DNA from: Octopus vulgaris
Taxonomy: Eukaryota
Length of the DNA stretch: 64,000 bases
Direction of reading: 5' to 3'
NCBI GenBank assembly: GCA_951406725.2
Contig: OX597826.1
Span: forward strand, 20,956,001 to 21,020,000
Part shown: piece after piece, positions 13,549 through 28,255 of the stretch
Layout of the letters: each line of letters opens with the position of its first letter
How positions within the stretch are numbered: the stretch's first letter is position 1
Made by a program: the position numbers and the translations under genes
Notes under the pieces: generated by a model
Database searches by the model: none
What the model was told of the DNA's origin: nothing
Seen by the model: the letters and a program-made list of their open reading frames with translations, nothing else

Positions 13549-14417
13549 CCTATTTATATATACCTATATATATATATACATATGAATGTATGTATGCGTT
13601 TGTAGTTATGTTTTCATGTCTCGTACGCGTGCATCTCTCTATATAAGCATATATATCGATGTCTCTCTCTCCCCCTCTCTCCCTCTCTCACTCTCGTGTG
13701 TGACTCCCCTTCACCCCGCCACTCTCCTTGTAGAGGTCTAAACTGTTGTCCACCCCTACACACCTCCTTTACTGTTGTAATATCATTAAGGATTGGGTTA
13801 TTAGTTCACTCCCCCCCCCCCTTCTACTTCTCTCTCAATATCTCATGCTACCACAATAATTCCACAACCGCCACCGCCACCACCATCATCTCGCCACCCT
13901 CTCTCCCACCCCCACTTCCCTAGTTACTCTCAAACTTTCCAGAAAAACTTCCTTTCTTATTCCGATCTCCATAAAGGGAAAATAATTTCACTCCCCGACA
14001 CAAACACCCGGCCGTGTGTATGCAGTGGAGAAAGAGTGTGTGTGTGTACAGAAATGAATGTATGTTTGTATATCTATTGACGTATATGTACGTGCGTGTG
14101 TATGCATATATATATATGTGTGTATATATATATGTATATATATATATTATATATGTATGCATATATGTATATGTACGTATATATATACATCCATACATAT
14201 ATTAATATGTGTGTGTGCGTGTGTGTGCATACATATATGCACCAATGTGTTGCCATGTGTGTGTATGTATGAACGACTGAACTCGTATGTGTATCATGTG
14301 TGTGTGTGTGTGTGTGTGTGTATGTCAATAAATTCCGATGATGTGAGACTGCGCCTGTGTAATCATGTATGTTTACAAGGGGATATATCTATATCTATCT
14401 ATCTTTCTATCTATCTA

Positions 14418-14495
<78 letters not shown>

Positions 14496-14750
14496 TAGAT
14501 AGATAGAGAGATAGATAGATAGATAGAAAGATAGATAGATATACATGTAAATAGTATATACACATACAAATACATATATGTATGCATCACATGCTAACAG
14601 GTGTTTGCTTAGCGTCCACCTAAACACACTTCATTATACACGCATGTGTTAAAGCTATTCACCAACAATCCCAGTGTTAGCATCAGCTATACACAAACAT
14701 ATACATACATCCACACCTGCTTACAGACATACAGATATATATATCCACAG

Positions 14751-14797
<47 letters not shown>

Positions 14798-15723
14798 CAT
14801 ATCTCCAAGCGCGCACACCCATGCATACATGAAAATTAATGTATTATATTGAAAACTTTGGAAAATTCTTAAGATGTGTGTTAATATATCTATAAAAAAA
14901 AATTCTATAAAACTTTAAAAAAAAACAAGCCCTCCCCCCCAAAAAAATGACTAAAGCTACCAATATCAGATTCTTACATATAGACACGTAGTTTGGTTGC
15001 ATGCAACATCATTGAGACAGACTGGACTTCATCTGGATTCTTCTTCCAACTTTATTTTTCCGTTTTTCAAATTTTGGTTTTCTATTTAGATAAAAACAAA
15101 ATCTACAAAAAAACCCCCAAAAAACTTGTCATCAGCTTCGAACGAAATCACAATTCTGTTTGAACAGTAAACAAAAAAAAATGAACTTTAACTTATTGCA
15201 ACAACAATGAAACCAACAACAACAACAACACCAAAAAAATACCTCCCCCTCCTGCAAAGAACGAAAAAAAAAAAAAGAATTCCTAGAGATTTACCGAAAC
15301 CATTTCCGGATGCGCAAAAACATCTTTTCAAATGGACGAAGATTTTGGAAATAAATTTTAACAGATTTAAACGATATTTCAATAAAAAAATAAACTAAAT
15401 GTTGTGTCCCGACAAGGACGGATTCTAGAAGTTCTGTGAGGATGTTGAACATGGAATGCAAACAAACAATTATTTGGCATAAATGGATGGTGCGAAGGAC
15501 CACAACGGAGTCCATCGAGTCGCCAACGACGATTTTATCAAGTTCACCATATTCCAACACACCCAAATCGAGGCCGTAAAAAAAGGCTTCTTCTATTGTA
15601 GAATTCTTACCATTTCTATTTTCGTTTCAATGCTAGGAATATTCTAAAATATTTCTTCAGTAAATTTGGATTATTTTCTGATTCATTCTCCAATTCTAGG
15701 TCATTAAACACGCCATAGTTTTG

Positions 15724-15792
<69 letters not shown>

Positions 15793-15979
15793 TTGTGTAT
15801 ATACATACACATATATAAATGAGTGAGTGTGTCTATGCATGTACATACATATATCACACACAGAAACATACATTTATATATATATATATATACATTTATA
15901 TATATAAATATATATATATACATATATATATATATAAATATATATATATATGTATATATATAAATATATATATAAATAT

Positions 15980-16071
<92 letters not shown>

Positions 16072-16201
16072 ATGTAAGCGTATGTGTACACAAATGTATG
16101 TATAGTCACTCGTATGCATTTAATTATAAAATTAATGGTATGCATATATTTACGCATAAATATAAATATATATATATTCGAACTGAAAGCATATATATGT
16201 G

Positions 16202-16265
<64 letters not shown>

Positions 16266-16776
16266 CATGTATGTATGTATGTATGTATGTATGTATGTGT
16301 GTGTATGTATGTATGTATGTATGTATGTATGTATGTATGTATGTATGTATGTATGTGTGTGTATGTATGTATGTATGTATGTATGTATGTATGTATGTAT
16401 ATGTATGTATGTATACGTACAAATTCTAATGAAACGTGTGATTCCTTTTCAGACAAGAAGCATTTGTAGACATGTAGATATAGCATTAATTCTCATATAT
16501 ATATCTATATATATATATATTTACGTATGTACACACAAGCACACATCCATATATATATATATATATGCATATATATGTACACGTAAATATATCATATATA
16601 TGTATATGTATCTATACATATACACATACACACAAACACACATACACACGTAAATATACACGCATTTATAATGCATATATATAGGTGTGTGTTTATATAT
16701 ATACACACACATACAAATATATATATATATATATATATGAAGAAAGAAAGTGAGAGAAAGCTATGTCTACATATAG

Positions 16777-16834
<58 letters not shown>

Positions 16835-16847
16835 ATATATGTATGTA

Positions 16848-16906
<59 letters not shown>

Positions 16907-16935
16907 ATATATATATATATATGTATGTATGTATG

Positions 16936-16994
<59 letters not shown>

Positions 16995-16997
16995 ATA

Positions 16998-17041
<44 letters not shown>

Positions 17042-17318
17042 TAGATATACGTATATATATTTGAAAATACGTTAATGTGTGTGTATTCTACATAATTATA
17101 TGTGTATATGTTGATTTTATGTGTGTCTTACTATGTTTGTGTATACATTTGCATAATTATAGTATATATATATATATATATAAGAAACACAGCTATATAT
17201 ATATATATATAGCTGTGTTTCAATGTAGAGATGATATATATACATATATATATACACATATATAGACGAACGTATATATGTGTGCATATATATATATATA
17301 TATATCAACGTATATATG

Positions 17319-17373
<55 letters not shown>

Positions 17374-17379
17374 TTGTGT

Positions 17380-17410
<31 letters not shown>

Positions 17411-17555
17411 CGCAAACACATTCATGCATATTTGTGTGTAAGCGTTGAAGCATGTATAGTGTGAATGAAACTGTACTTATATATATATATATATTTATGT
17501 ATATATATGTATACATATATGCATATATATATGTGTGTGTGTATGTATATATATG

Positions 17556-17644
<89 letters not shown>

Positions 17645-17673
17645 GATACATATATATATATACATACATACAT

Positions 17674-17707
<34 letters not shown>

Positions 17708-18058
17708 CATACATATATGTATATACCTAGTTGTGTATGCGTATGTATGTATATTGTTCTAAGAAAATAATACCATTTACACAGTTTACTACGTAGAAAC
17801 CTTTTTCTCAACCCAAAATAACATTATTCAGTCGAAAATTTTAAATATGTATTTCCAAAATTTTCAAACAGAAATTGATAAATAATAAAATTCCAATACA
17901 TATCGCCGATATTTTGTTTGTTGTATATAAATATATATTCTACATATGTATTACACACACACACCCACACACACACATATAAAATACGTTTTTCTCTTAT
18001 TTCCAGGAGTTGTCGGAGTGTGTATCCGTAATATACGTAGATATACATTGTGTGTGCG

Positions 18059-18089
<31 letters not shown>

Positions 18090-18090
<1 letters not shown>

Positions 18091-18205
18091 TGATTCTGGG
18101 TACAGTCCCACCGCGTGGCACCTTGCGCAAGTGTCTTCTACAAGGCCGACCAACGCCCTGTGAGTGGATTTGGTAGACGGAACCTGAAAGAAGCCCGTCG
18201 TATAT
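18090..18205 (+). mobile_element. CORE-type SINE fragment
   Basis: gtggcaccttgcgcaagtgtcttc ... gaaagaagcccgtcg; same family as 33133-33512. Confidence 0.8.
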
Positions 18206-18207
18206 GT

Positions 18208-18371
<164 letters not shown>

Positions 18372-18376
18372 GTGCG

Positions 18377-18434
<58 letters not shown>

Positions 18435-18608
18435 TACATATATATGTGTGTGTGTGTGTGTATAAGACTTTCTCACTTCCTGAGCATTAAACTAACACAC
18501 CTGTTTGTTGATTATACACCTGTCTTCGTCTTTTGTTTTTTTTGTAAATTCCAATTATATAATGTATGTACGTGTGTATAATATATATATATATATATAA
18601 TATACTTA

Positions 18609-18643
<35 letters not shown>

Positions 18644-18677
18644 ATCTATATCTCTCTCTCTATATATATATATATAA

Positions 18678-18986
18678 AAGACCCCCTTCGGTCATGAGTG
18701 ACTATGGGATTGCACCTAGAAAGTTACCCTCCTAGACACAAGTCCGGGCAAGGTTGTTTATGGAAGACCAGCAGTCGCCCATGCATACCAGCCTCCCCTC
18801 TCCACGCCACCAGTGTCATCCAAGGGAAAGACAAAGGTCGATACAGCTTGGCACCAGTGACGTCGCAACTCATTTCTACAGCTGAGTGAACTGGAGCAAC
18901 GTGAAATAAAGTGGTTTGCTCAAGAACACAACACGCAGCCCGGTCCGAGATTCGAGCTCACAACCTCACGATCGTAAGCTCGACGC

Positions 18987-18987
<1 letters not shown>
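18678..18987 (-). mobile_element. tRNA-derived SINE, second family
   Basis: Minus strand reads agcgtcgagcttacgatcgtgaggttgtgagctcgaatctc (tRNA-like head) followed by a CORE-like body. An internally deleted relative lies at 32935-33043. Confidence 0.75.
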
Positions 18988-19042
<55 letters not shown>

Positions 19043-19139
19043 ATATGTATGTAAATATAATATATATACATATAAATCCTTAAATCCTTAAAAATGTTTC
19101 AGCCCGAAGGCTGCGGCCATGCTGGGGCACCATCGTTGA

Positions 19140-19338
19140 ATGAGCTACACTAGTATGTGAATCCACCTCTGATACGTGGCACTTGATCAACAAGGGAGTT
19201 CGATGCTGCTGCCCGCATCTGCGTCTCCTGCCGTGAGGTAGGTTCATCTGGGACCCCCGACAAGAAGAGATCCAGTTTAGTTTTAAAGAAACCCACATCC
19301 ACACCATGTAAGTCTCTCAGGCATTTAGGTAGGATGTT
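19140..19338 (-). mobile_element. 3' end fragment of a CR1-group LINE
   Basis: Minus strand encodes [35 protein letters not shown], the typical ORF2 C-terminal pattern (F/W)NxLP...FKxxLD. Confidence 0.65.
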
Positions 19339-19340
19339 GA

Positions 19341-19396
<56 letters not shown>

Positions 19397-19459
19397 GCCT
19401 ATATCTATATATGTATTAATATACATATATTCTCACACACAGTCGCGATATATATATAC

Positions 19460-19516
<57 letters not shown>

Positions 19517-19729
19517 AAAATACATGTATGTATCTCTGTATACATATATGTAAATAAAGTTATACATATATATAATATATATATAAACACAATACTTATA
19601 TATGAATACATATATACATACGTATATATATATATATATATATATGTAGGTCCCGGGTTGATTCGGGGTTAACCACAGTAAATAAGGTACTCAATACATA
19701 GCAGAGTAAAATTAATTTATTATATAGAA

Positions 19730-19783
19730 GGAGCTTCTACAGGACTAGAACTGTTTCATTCAAGAGAAATCTTCAGGAGCTTC
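19730..19783 (-). ncRNA. type I hammerhead ribozyme motif, minus-strand copy
   Basis: AGCUC-CUGAAGA-stem II-GAA-ACAG..CUGU-A|GAAGCUCC. Predicted GUA cleavage between 19738 and 19737; stem I has one bulge. Confidence 0.65.
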
Positions 19784-19828
19784 CTGAAGATTTCTCTTGA
19801 ATGAAACAGTTCTAGTCCTGTAAACTCC
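19776..19828 (+). ncRNA. type I hammerhead ribozyme motif, plus-strand copy
   Basis: GGAGCUUC-CUGAAGA-UUUC UCUU GAAU-GAA-ACAG UUCUAGUC CUGU-A-AACUCC. Core intact; the 3' strand of stem I is degenerate. Confidence 0.6.
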
Positions 19829-19837
19829 TTCTATATA

Positions 19838-19888
<51 letters not shown>

Positions 19889-19915
19889 AATACATATATA
19901 TATATATATATATAT

Positions 19916-19990
<75 letters not shown>

Positions 19991-19997
19991 TACACAC

Positions 19998-20210
19998 ACG
20001 AGGGTCCGTTGAAAAGTATGAGTTGAAAAGTTTGAGTAAAGTACAGGAGTTAATTACGATTTTATTGAACATATTCCTCTCTCAGATTCACACAGCTGTT
20101 GTAGCGGTCTTTCAGGTTTTCTTATCCCTGCTAAGGAACTCGGAACGTTGGTCCTTCAGCTAGGCCTATCGTGACACCCTTAAAACCAAGGACTTTCAGC
20201 AGCCCTTCGT
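19998..20210. mobile_element. mariner-type MITE
   Basis: Imperfect TIRs acgagggtccgttgaaaagt / actttcagcagcccttcgt around a non-coding core. Confidence 0.65.
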
Positions 20211-20585
20211 CTACGTGTATAAAATGTTTGAGTATGTTTGTAATTATTAAAATATATCGCGGCACTGTTATGTGCCAGGGCGCCTTATCATATTATGTGG
20301 ATCCCAATGTATTAGTGCGGAGGTAGGAACATCAGTGTATATTACACGTGCACACGCACGCACACGCACACACACACACACACACACACGCACACACTCA
20401 CACACACACACACACAACACATACATGCACACTCTCACAGGTCATTGCTCCAGCATGTTTGCTGTTTGTCGGTTGTGAAAGAGTATATACGTTTGTGTTT
20501 AAGTATATACACGTGTGTTACGTATATAATTGCTAGACATGTTTTTGTAACCACAAGGTTGAGGGTTCGCTCCACTGTGTAGTAT

Positions 20586-20650
<65 letters not shown>

Positions 20651-20757
20651 GTATGTGTGTGTGTGTATAGATATGTATATGTATATATATATAAATATGC
20701 ATGAATGTATGTGTGTGTAAATAATATATATATATTCATACATATATACATACATAT

Positions 20758-20819
<62 letters not shown>

Positions 20820-20878
20820 ATATGTATGTATATATGTATGAATATATATATAAATATGCATGAATGTATGTGTGTGTA

Positions 20879-20985
<107 letters not shown>

Positions 20986-21810
20986 TGTATGTGTCTGTCT
21001 GTCTGTGTCTGTGTGTAAATATGTATATGCTTGAAACATAAACTCGTAGTGTCTGTGGAATACTCAACCACTTCTTTCGCTCTTTCGGTGAGTTATTGAA
21101 TCAATTGTTATAGTTATCGGATCTTTATATTTCAAAGCTGATGCAAGAATCATTCATTTATAAACCCCCTCTTGTGTTTGCCTATAAACATGGATGTGGT
21201 ATTTATTCTTTGTGTATAAATTAACTGGAAGAGCCATTTCTGTTGTCTCCTGATGGCATTAGAAGTTCTCAAATGAAATACTTGCTTAAGAAATTCTCGT
21301 TACCGCCTTAGTATTTTGTTCGGTTGTTGCGGCGGGTGGAGGACGGATTCGATCTCACAACCTACAGGCCCGCATGTTGAAAACAAACAAGATTGATCTG
21401 AGCGGAATTTGATCCTGCAGTGTCTTAAACAGGATTAAATACGACAAGGTATGCTGCCCGACGCACTAAAACCCCGGATCCTTCTTCATTATTTCTCCAT
21501 ATTTGATAAGGAAGAATATAATAAAATCACTTGCAGGATTCGATCGCTGCATCTGCAGTAAATTTTTAGCTGTGCTAACCACTACACCAAAGTGATCTCA
21601 ACACATTCCCTCCCTCCTCACCTCCAGATTAAAAGATTTGACCTCATATTGCAACGAGCAGAGGCCTGGGCTGAGTAATCTTATCCGTTGAGGTACCTTT
21701 GACTTGGAAAAAGGTTTTTTAAGTTTCCCCTCAACCCACGCACAACGCTTTACTAAACTGCCGCGCAGAAGGTTGGAACTTGCAAGGCTATGCCTGCGTC
21801 TAGTCTTTAT

Positions 21811-21916
<106 letters not shown>

Positions 21917-21926
21917 ATGTGTGTGA

Positions 21927-21980
<54 letters not shown>

Positions 21981-22343
21981 AGAGAAAGAGAGAAAAGAGA
22001 GACAGACAGACAGGAAAAAAGATTCTGATGTCGATACCCATTTCAAAAACTGGAAGAACCAGATCCATCTCAGACGAAATTTAAGGTAATTCCAAAATAA
22101 ATCAATGTTTCTATGCCTTAAACTGTTCAATCCTTCCTCCCGTCTAAGGTGGAAAAAAAAAACACTTTTCGGGGCCCGGAGCAGAATGGAGTGATGGAGT
22201 CTGTGGTCCCCGAGCAAAAGCTCAAGTACTGAAGCTGATTCCACTCGCTATCAACATTCCGGGTGGCAAGAAAGAATGCAAGGCGACTTCAAGGTTTTTT
22301 TTTTAACTCAAACACCAAACAACCACACATATGAATAGGTAGG

Positions 22344-22584
<241 letters not shown>

Positions 22585-22607
22585 GTAGATATGTGCGTGC
22601 AGGTAGG

Positions 22608-22670
<63 letters not shown>

Positions 22671-23109
22671 TTATACATATATATACGTATATATACTTAT
22701 ACATGTATATATATACTTATACATGTATATTCATACACACATGCGGCACTCACGGACACACACACATACATAGACATACACATACACACACCCATATGGA
22801 AGAAATACACGGTGGTCAAGTTGTAAGTTGTATGAGTTCCCGGTAAAAGTGCAACGCTTTTGCCAGTTGTTTCAGGTGCCCCTCATAAAGATGCGTGAGA
22901 GGAAGACATTGCGTCAGCCGGCGCCGCCGCCGCCGCCGAACAGTCCTGCGAATATCGAAGGACGGAGAGAGAAGAAAGAGCGCTGCGCCCTCAACAGCTG
23001 CTTCTCATTCTGAGTAGGGCCCACAGCACATGACAGGGGCAACATGAAATGGTGGGACATCGGTAACGATACACCAGGAATCGAACGCTCATTCTTATGA
23101 TTCCACTCA

Positions 23110-23245
23110 CAGGTGTAGCTGTGTGGTAAGAAGTTTGCTTACCAAGCACGTGGCACCCTGGCCAAGTGTCCTCCACGATAGACCAGGGCCGACCAACGCT
23201 TTGTCAGTGAACTTGGGAGACAGAAACTGAAAGAAGACCCCCGTC
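23110..23245 (+). mobile_element. CORE-type SINE 5' fragment
   Basis: gtagctgtgtggtaagaagtttgcttacc ... ctggccaagtgtc ... gaaactgaaagaag. Confidence 0.75.
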
Positions 23246-23262
23246 TGTGTGTGTGTGTGTGT

Positions 23263-23495
23263 CTTTTATCTTTAATGTGTTTCAGTTGTTAGAGAGCGCC
23301 CATACTGGGGCACCGCCTTGAAATTTTAGTCGAATGAATCGACTCCAGTATATATGTTTTAAGCTTGGTTCTTATTCTATCGGCCTTTTTCCCCTAACTG
23401 CCAAGTTACGGGGACGCAAACACACCAACACCGGTTGTCAAGCGATGGTGAGGGACAAAAATACAGACACAAAGACACGCACACATAGACATATA

Positions 23496-23550
<55 letters not shown>

Positions 23551-23736
23551 GTATATATATATATATACACACACACATACACACACATACACATATATAT
23601 ACGACGGGCTTCTTTCAGTTTCAGTCTACCAAATCAACTCACAAGGTCGACCTAAGGCTATAGTAGAAGACACGCAGTGGGACTGAACACGAAACCAAGT
23701 GGTTGGGAAGCAAGCTACTTACCACACAGCCACGCC
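23263..23736 (-). mobile_element. CORE-type SINE with internal microsatellite
   Basis: Same head, internal (TA/TG)n and tail architecture as 33133-33512. Confidence 0.85.
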
Positions 23737-24127
23737 TATATATATATGTATGTGTGTGTGTGTGTGTATCTAAATATATACACATATCTCTTATCTGTGG
23801 ACTGAAACCGTGATGGGGACCCGCTTTGAAGGATTCAGTCGAACAAATCTACTTCAAGACTTATAATATACAAATAATTCATACATACATGTATGGGTTT
23901 CTGTTTGTCTCCGAGCACTGCTTGATAACCGGTGCTGGTTTGTTTACGTCCCCGTAGCCTGACGACTCACTATAAGAGACCGATAGAATAAGTCCTAGCG
24001 TAGATTTGTTCGACTAAATCTTTCAAAGCCGGTCCCCATCACAGTTTCAGTTCACAGCTAAAATATAAGGTGGATATATTTAGATATATACATACACAGA
24101 TATATATATATATATATATATACAAAC

Positions 24128-24177
<50 letters not shown>

Positions 24178-24188
24178 GTATATATATG

Positions 24189-24220
<32 letters not shown>

Positions 24221-24240
24221 TATATGCATGTATGTTATGC

Positions 24241-24297
<57 letters not shown>

Positions 24298-24740
24298 ATA
24301 TATATGCTTGGATATGTTTCGACCAAAGATTAGTCCAGGCCATGTCTTACTTAATAACACCACCTGACAGGATTATCTAAATCCTTCTTAAGTCAAGTTT
24401 TGTGGTATTATGGTCCATCCGAGTAGAGAGTTCCTCTATATATATGTAACGCGGAGTAGATGAAAGAGAGGCGGCTGAAGAAGGGGAAAGGTCCTTGTGT
24501 TGTATGTCTTGTACTCTGTTTTTTCATTGTTTAAGAAAAATGTCCATTTCCTTGGTTTTGTCTTTAGGTTTTCGTTTCTCATTGTGTTCGACGTTTTTTT
24601 GGTGTCCTGTACCCATATATGCATGTATATATACATATAGAAGTAGGTACGTATATATATGTATGTATATATGCATATGTTTTATTTATTAATTTGTTAT
24701 TATATATACATATATATATATATATACATGTGTGTGTGTA

Positions 24741-24795
<55 letters not shown>

Positions 24796-24839
24796 GTGTG
24801 TGTGTATGTGTGTGTGTATGTGTACATATATATATATAT

Positions 24840-24886
<47 letters not shown>

Positions 24887-25400
24887 TGGATGTATGTAGG
24901 CGCATCACGTAACGGTTTGAGTGTTCTACGCACTATCATGAGACCGTGGCATGAGTTTTGGGTTCGGCAGCTTTTTATGTAGCTGGGCAGGGCTCTTCAT
25001 AGCACGTGGCTCCGCTTTCCAGGGACCGTACACGCATACACAAACTCACTCATACACACGTAGCGACACAACAAGAGGAAGTCGCATAAATAATAGTATG
25101 CATTCATTAATCATCAAATATATGTACATGTGCATATGTGTGTGAGTGAGTGAGTGTGTGTATGTGAGTGTGTGCATGTGAGTGTGTGCATGTGTATAAG
25201 TATATGTATATATATGTACACACTCACACAGATACAGACGCACACACCCACATATATATAGACGCATTTGTATATATGTATCAATCTAAATATCTTTCTA
25301 TCTGTTTATATTTATCTAGGAATGTATTGATCAGTGTGTCTGTATGTAGATACACATACATACATACAGACATACATACATATACACACACATATGTATG

Positions 25401-25434
<34 letters not shown>

Positions 25435-25723
25435 TGTACGTATGTATGTATGTATGTACGTATATATGTATGTGTCGTTGCTATTGTTCAAAAGTGTCGT
25501 AAGTCCAAAACGTTGATTTATCAGAAAACGAAAAAAATAGTTTCACCATTCCATAGCAAAACCGGTCTACTACACTTTAAGAATTTTTGATATCTTGGCA
25601 TCTGAAGCAGCTGGACATACGATAGTTTGACCAAATGAACCGACTATTGCAAGCAAAATTTAATATTTAAAAAAAAAACATTTGACCAAATTTGGACATA
25701 CGTCAGTTTAACATAATAGCAAT

Positions 25724-25795
<72 letters not shown>

Positions 25796-25887
25796 TATAT
25801 ATATATAAATATACATATATACATACATACTTGCATACATGTATATATTATATATTATATATTATTCATTATATATACATACATACG

Positions 25888-25951
<64 letters not shown>

Positions 25952-25990
25952 CATATGTTATTTATTTTATATATATATATATATATATAA

Positions 25991-26212
25991 TTTGCAGCGT
26001 AGAAGGTGTTTATAAGCCATTTAAGAAATACACAAAATTCACTTCAACATTAAAATTTAATTTATCAAAATATTTTTTTCGCTTTGAGACCGCGACCTGT
26101 TCACTGACAAAACTTCGTGCAGCTTATAAACACCTTCCACGCTGCAATTGTTTTCGTTCCAGCACACGATCTCAGATCAAGTCACTCGCTATGCAAGTAC
26201 ATCTCCCTAATA
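25991..26212. repeat. short element with a 26-bp inverted repeat, within (TA)n
   Basis: ttgcagcgtagaaggtgtttataagc (25992-26017) versus gcttataaacaccttccacgctgcaa (26122-26147), one mismatch. Confidence 0.75.
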
Positions 26213-26699
26213 TATATATTAACTAGTTGGTGATGTATGCAGCAGGAAAGACAGACAGAGAGATGGTTATATTGATAAACCAGTGATCGGTTAAGAAACT
26301 ACATCAATGCATCCATTTGTGTCAGTGAATAATTATAATGTGAGGGTATTTCTGTACAGATTAGTGTTTATGTCTGAGGAAATGTGTTTGAGTGTGTGTG
26401 CTTTGGTTTGTGCATTCATGCATACACGTGTATGTATGTAAATATATATATATATATATATATATATACGCGAGAAAGAAGCAACAAGATCCATTCTTGT
26501 TGCTTCTTTCTCGCTTATAATCACCCCACATTACTGTATGGTTAAAACCGTATAGTTTTTTGGTGCATCTAAGTTAGGTACCATATTCAAGTAAATTCAT
26601 TAAAATTGACTTGAATCTTTATTGCTTTTTGTATATATATATATATATATATACAGGTATTTTATACGTATTTATATATATACATATATGTGTGTGTGA

Positions 26700-26739
<40 letters not shown>

Positions 26740-26968
26740 ATACGTATAGGTATATACACACACATATATGTATATATATAAATACGTATAAAATACCTGT
26801 ATATGTTCATGTATCCTTATGGCACAATTGTATCGGTGACATATGCACATATAGGTATACATCTGCATATGTTTGTCTCTGCACATGTATGAATGTATCT
26901 GTATACATACACACACACACACACACACATATTTATTCATAATATATACATACACACAAGCATGTATT

Positions 26969-27009
<41 letters not shown>

Positions 27010-27427
27010 ATATATGTATGTATGTATGTATATGTGCAGCTATGTATAGGTATGTACATATATATATATACATTCATGTGTCTGTATATATATTACATAC
27101 GCACGCACACACACACACACACACTCTGTCTCTCTCGCGCGCGCATACACGATTTTACCATTCCTATTATTCCTATTATTTTATTATCCCATTTTATTTT
27201 TATATTTTCCTTTGTTCATTTTTTTATATATTTCTCTGATTTTCTTTTTACTTTTTCTGTTTCTTTTCCAGACATTTTTTACCTCTTCGTAAAAATGCCC
27301 TCATTATCATAATATATGTAATTATAACAATGTATGCCGTTTGGCTCTTGAGATACCAGTGACGTGTATAGTAACATTTTCTGATGCTGAAGTATTTCAT
27401 GGATGCCTTTCGAATGTTGAGAATAAA

Positions 27428-28050
27428 AATCGTCTCTACCACAGGCAGCACCGGGCCTCAAATTTTGTGCGAAGGGAGAATCGATTACATCGACCCCCGT
27501 CTGCAACAGGTACATATTTTATCGACTCCAAAACGATGAAAATCACATCCGACCCCGCCGCAATGCGAACTCAGAACGTAAAGACGGACGAAATGCCGTT
27601 TAGCATTTTATCCGCAGTGCTGACGATTCTGCCAGTTCGCCGCCCCAATAATAATAATAATAATAATAATAATCCTTTCTACTAAAGGCACAAGGCCTGG
27701 ATATTTGTGGAGAGGGAAGAAAATCGATCACAACGACCCCAGCATTTGACTGGTACTTAATTTATCGGCCCTGTAATGATGAAAGGTAAAGTCGATTTTG
27801 GCGAAATTTGAACTCAGAAGGAAGCGACAGACGAAATACTGCTACTCTAGGCACAAGCCCCAAAATTTTATAGGGAGGGGGGCCAGTCGATTAGAACGAC
27901 ACCAGTACGCAAATAGTACTTAATTTATCGACCCCGAAAGGATGAAAGGCAAAGTCGCCTCCGGCGGAATTTGAAATCAAAACATAAAGACAGACGAAAT
28001 ACCGCTAAGCATTTCGTCCGGCGTTACTAACGCTTCTGCCAGTCGCCGCT
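27428..28050 (-). mobile_element. three tandem tRNA-derived SINE units, same family as 10910-11525
   Basis: Reverse-complement heads (ttctgccagttcgccgcc), repeated tacttaatttatcgaccccgaaaggatgaaaggc-type cores, (AAT)n between and after the units. Confidence 0.85.
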
Positions 28051-28088
28051 TTAATAATAATAATACCAATAATAATAATAATAATAAC

Positions 28089-28177
<89 letters not shown>

Positions 28178-28197
28178 CAACAACAATAATAATTATA

Positions 28198-28255
<58 letters not shown>

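Larger units (their letters stand above)
19646..19843. mobile_element. Penelope-like pLTR remnant with inverted duplication, within (TA)n
   Basis: A hammerhead motif followed by AATAAA on each strand; flanked by (TA)n on both sides. Confidence 0.6.

Noticed and set aside
15291-15620. Complex sequence with short ORFs on both strands
   Set aside because: No recognisable protein motif or splice pair; may be dac 3' UTR.
21530-21592. tRNA-like sequence on the minus strand
   Set aside because: Only A/B-box-like motifs and no complete cloverleaf; most likely a decayed SINE head.
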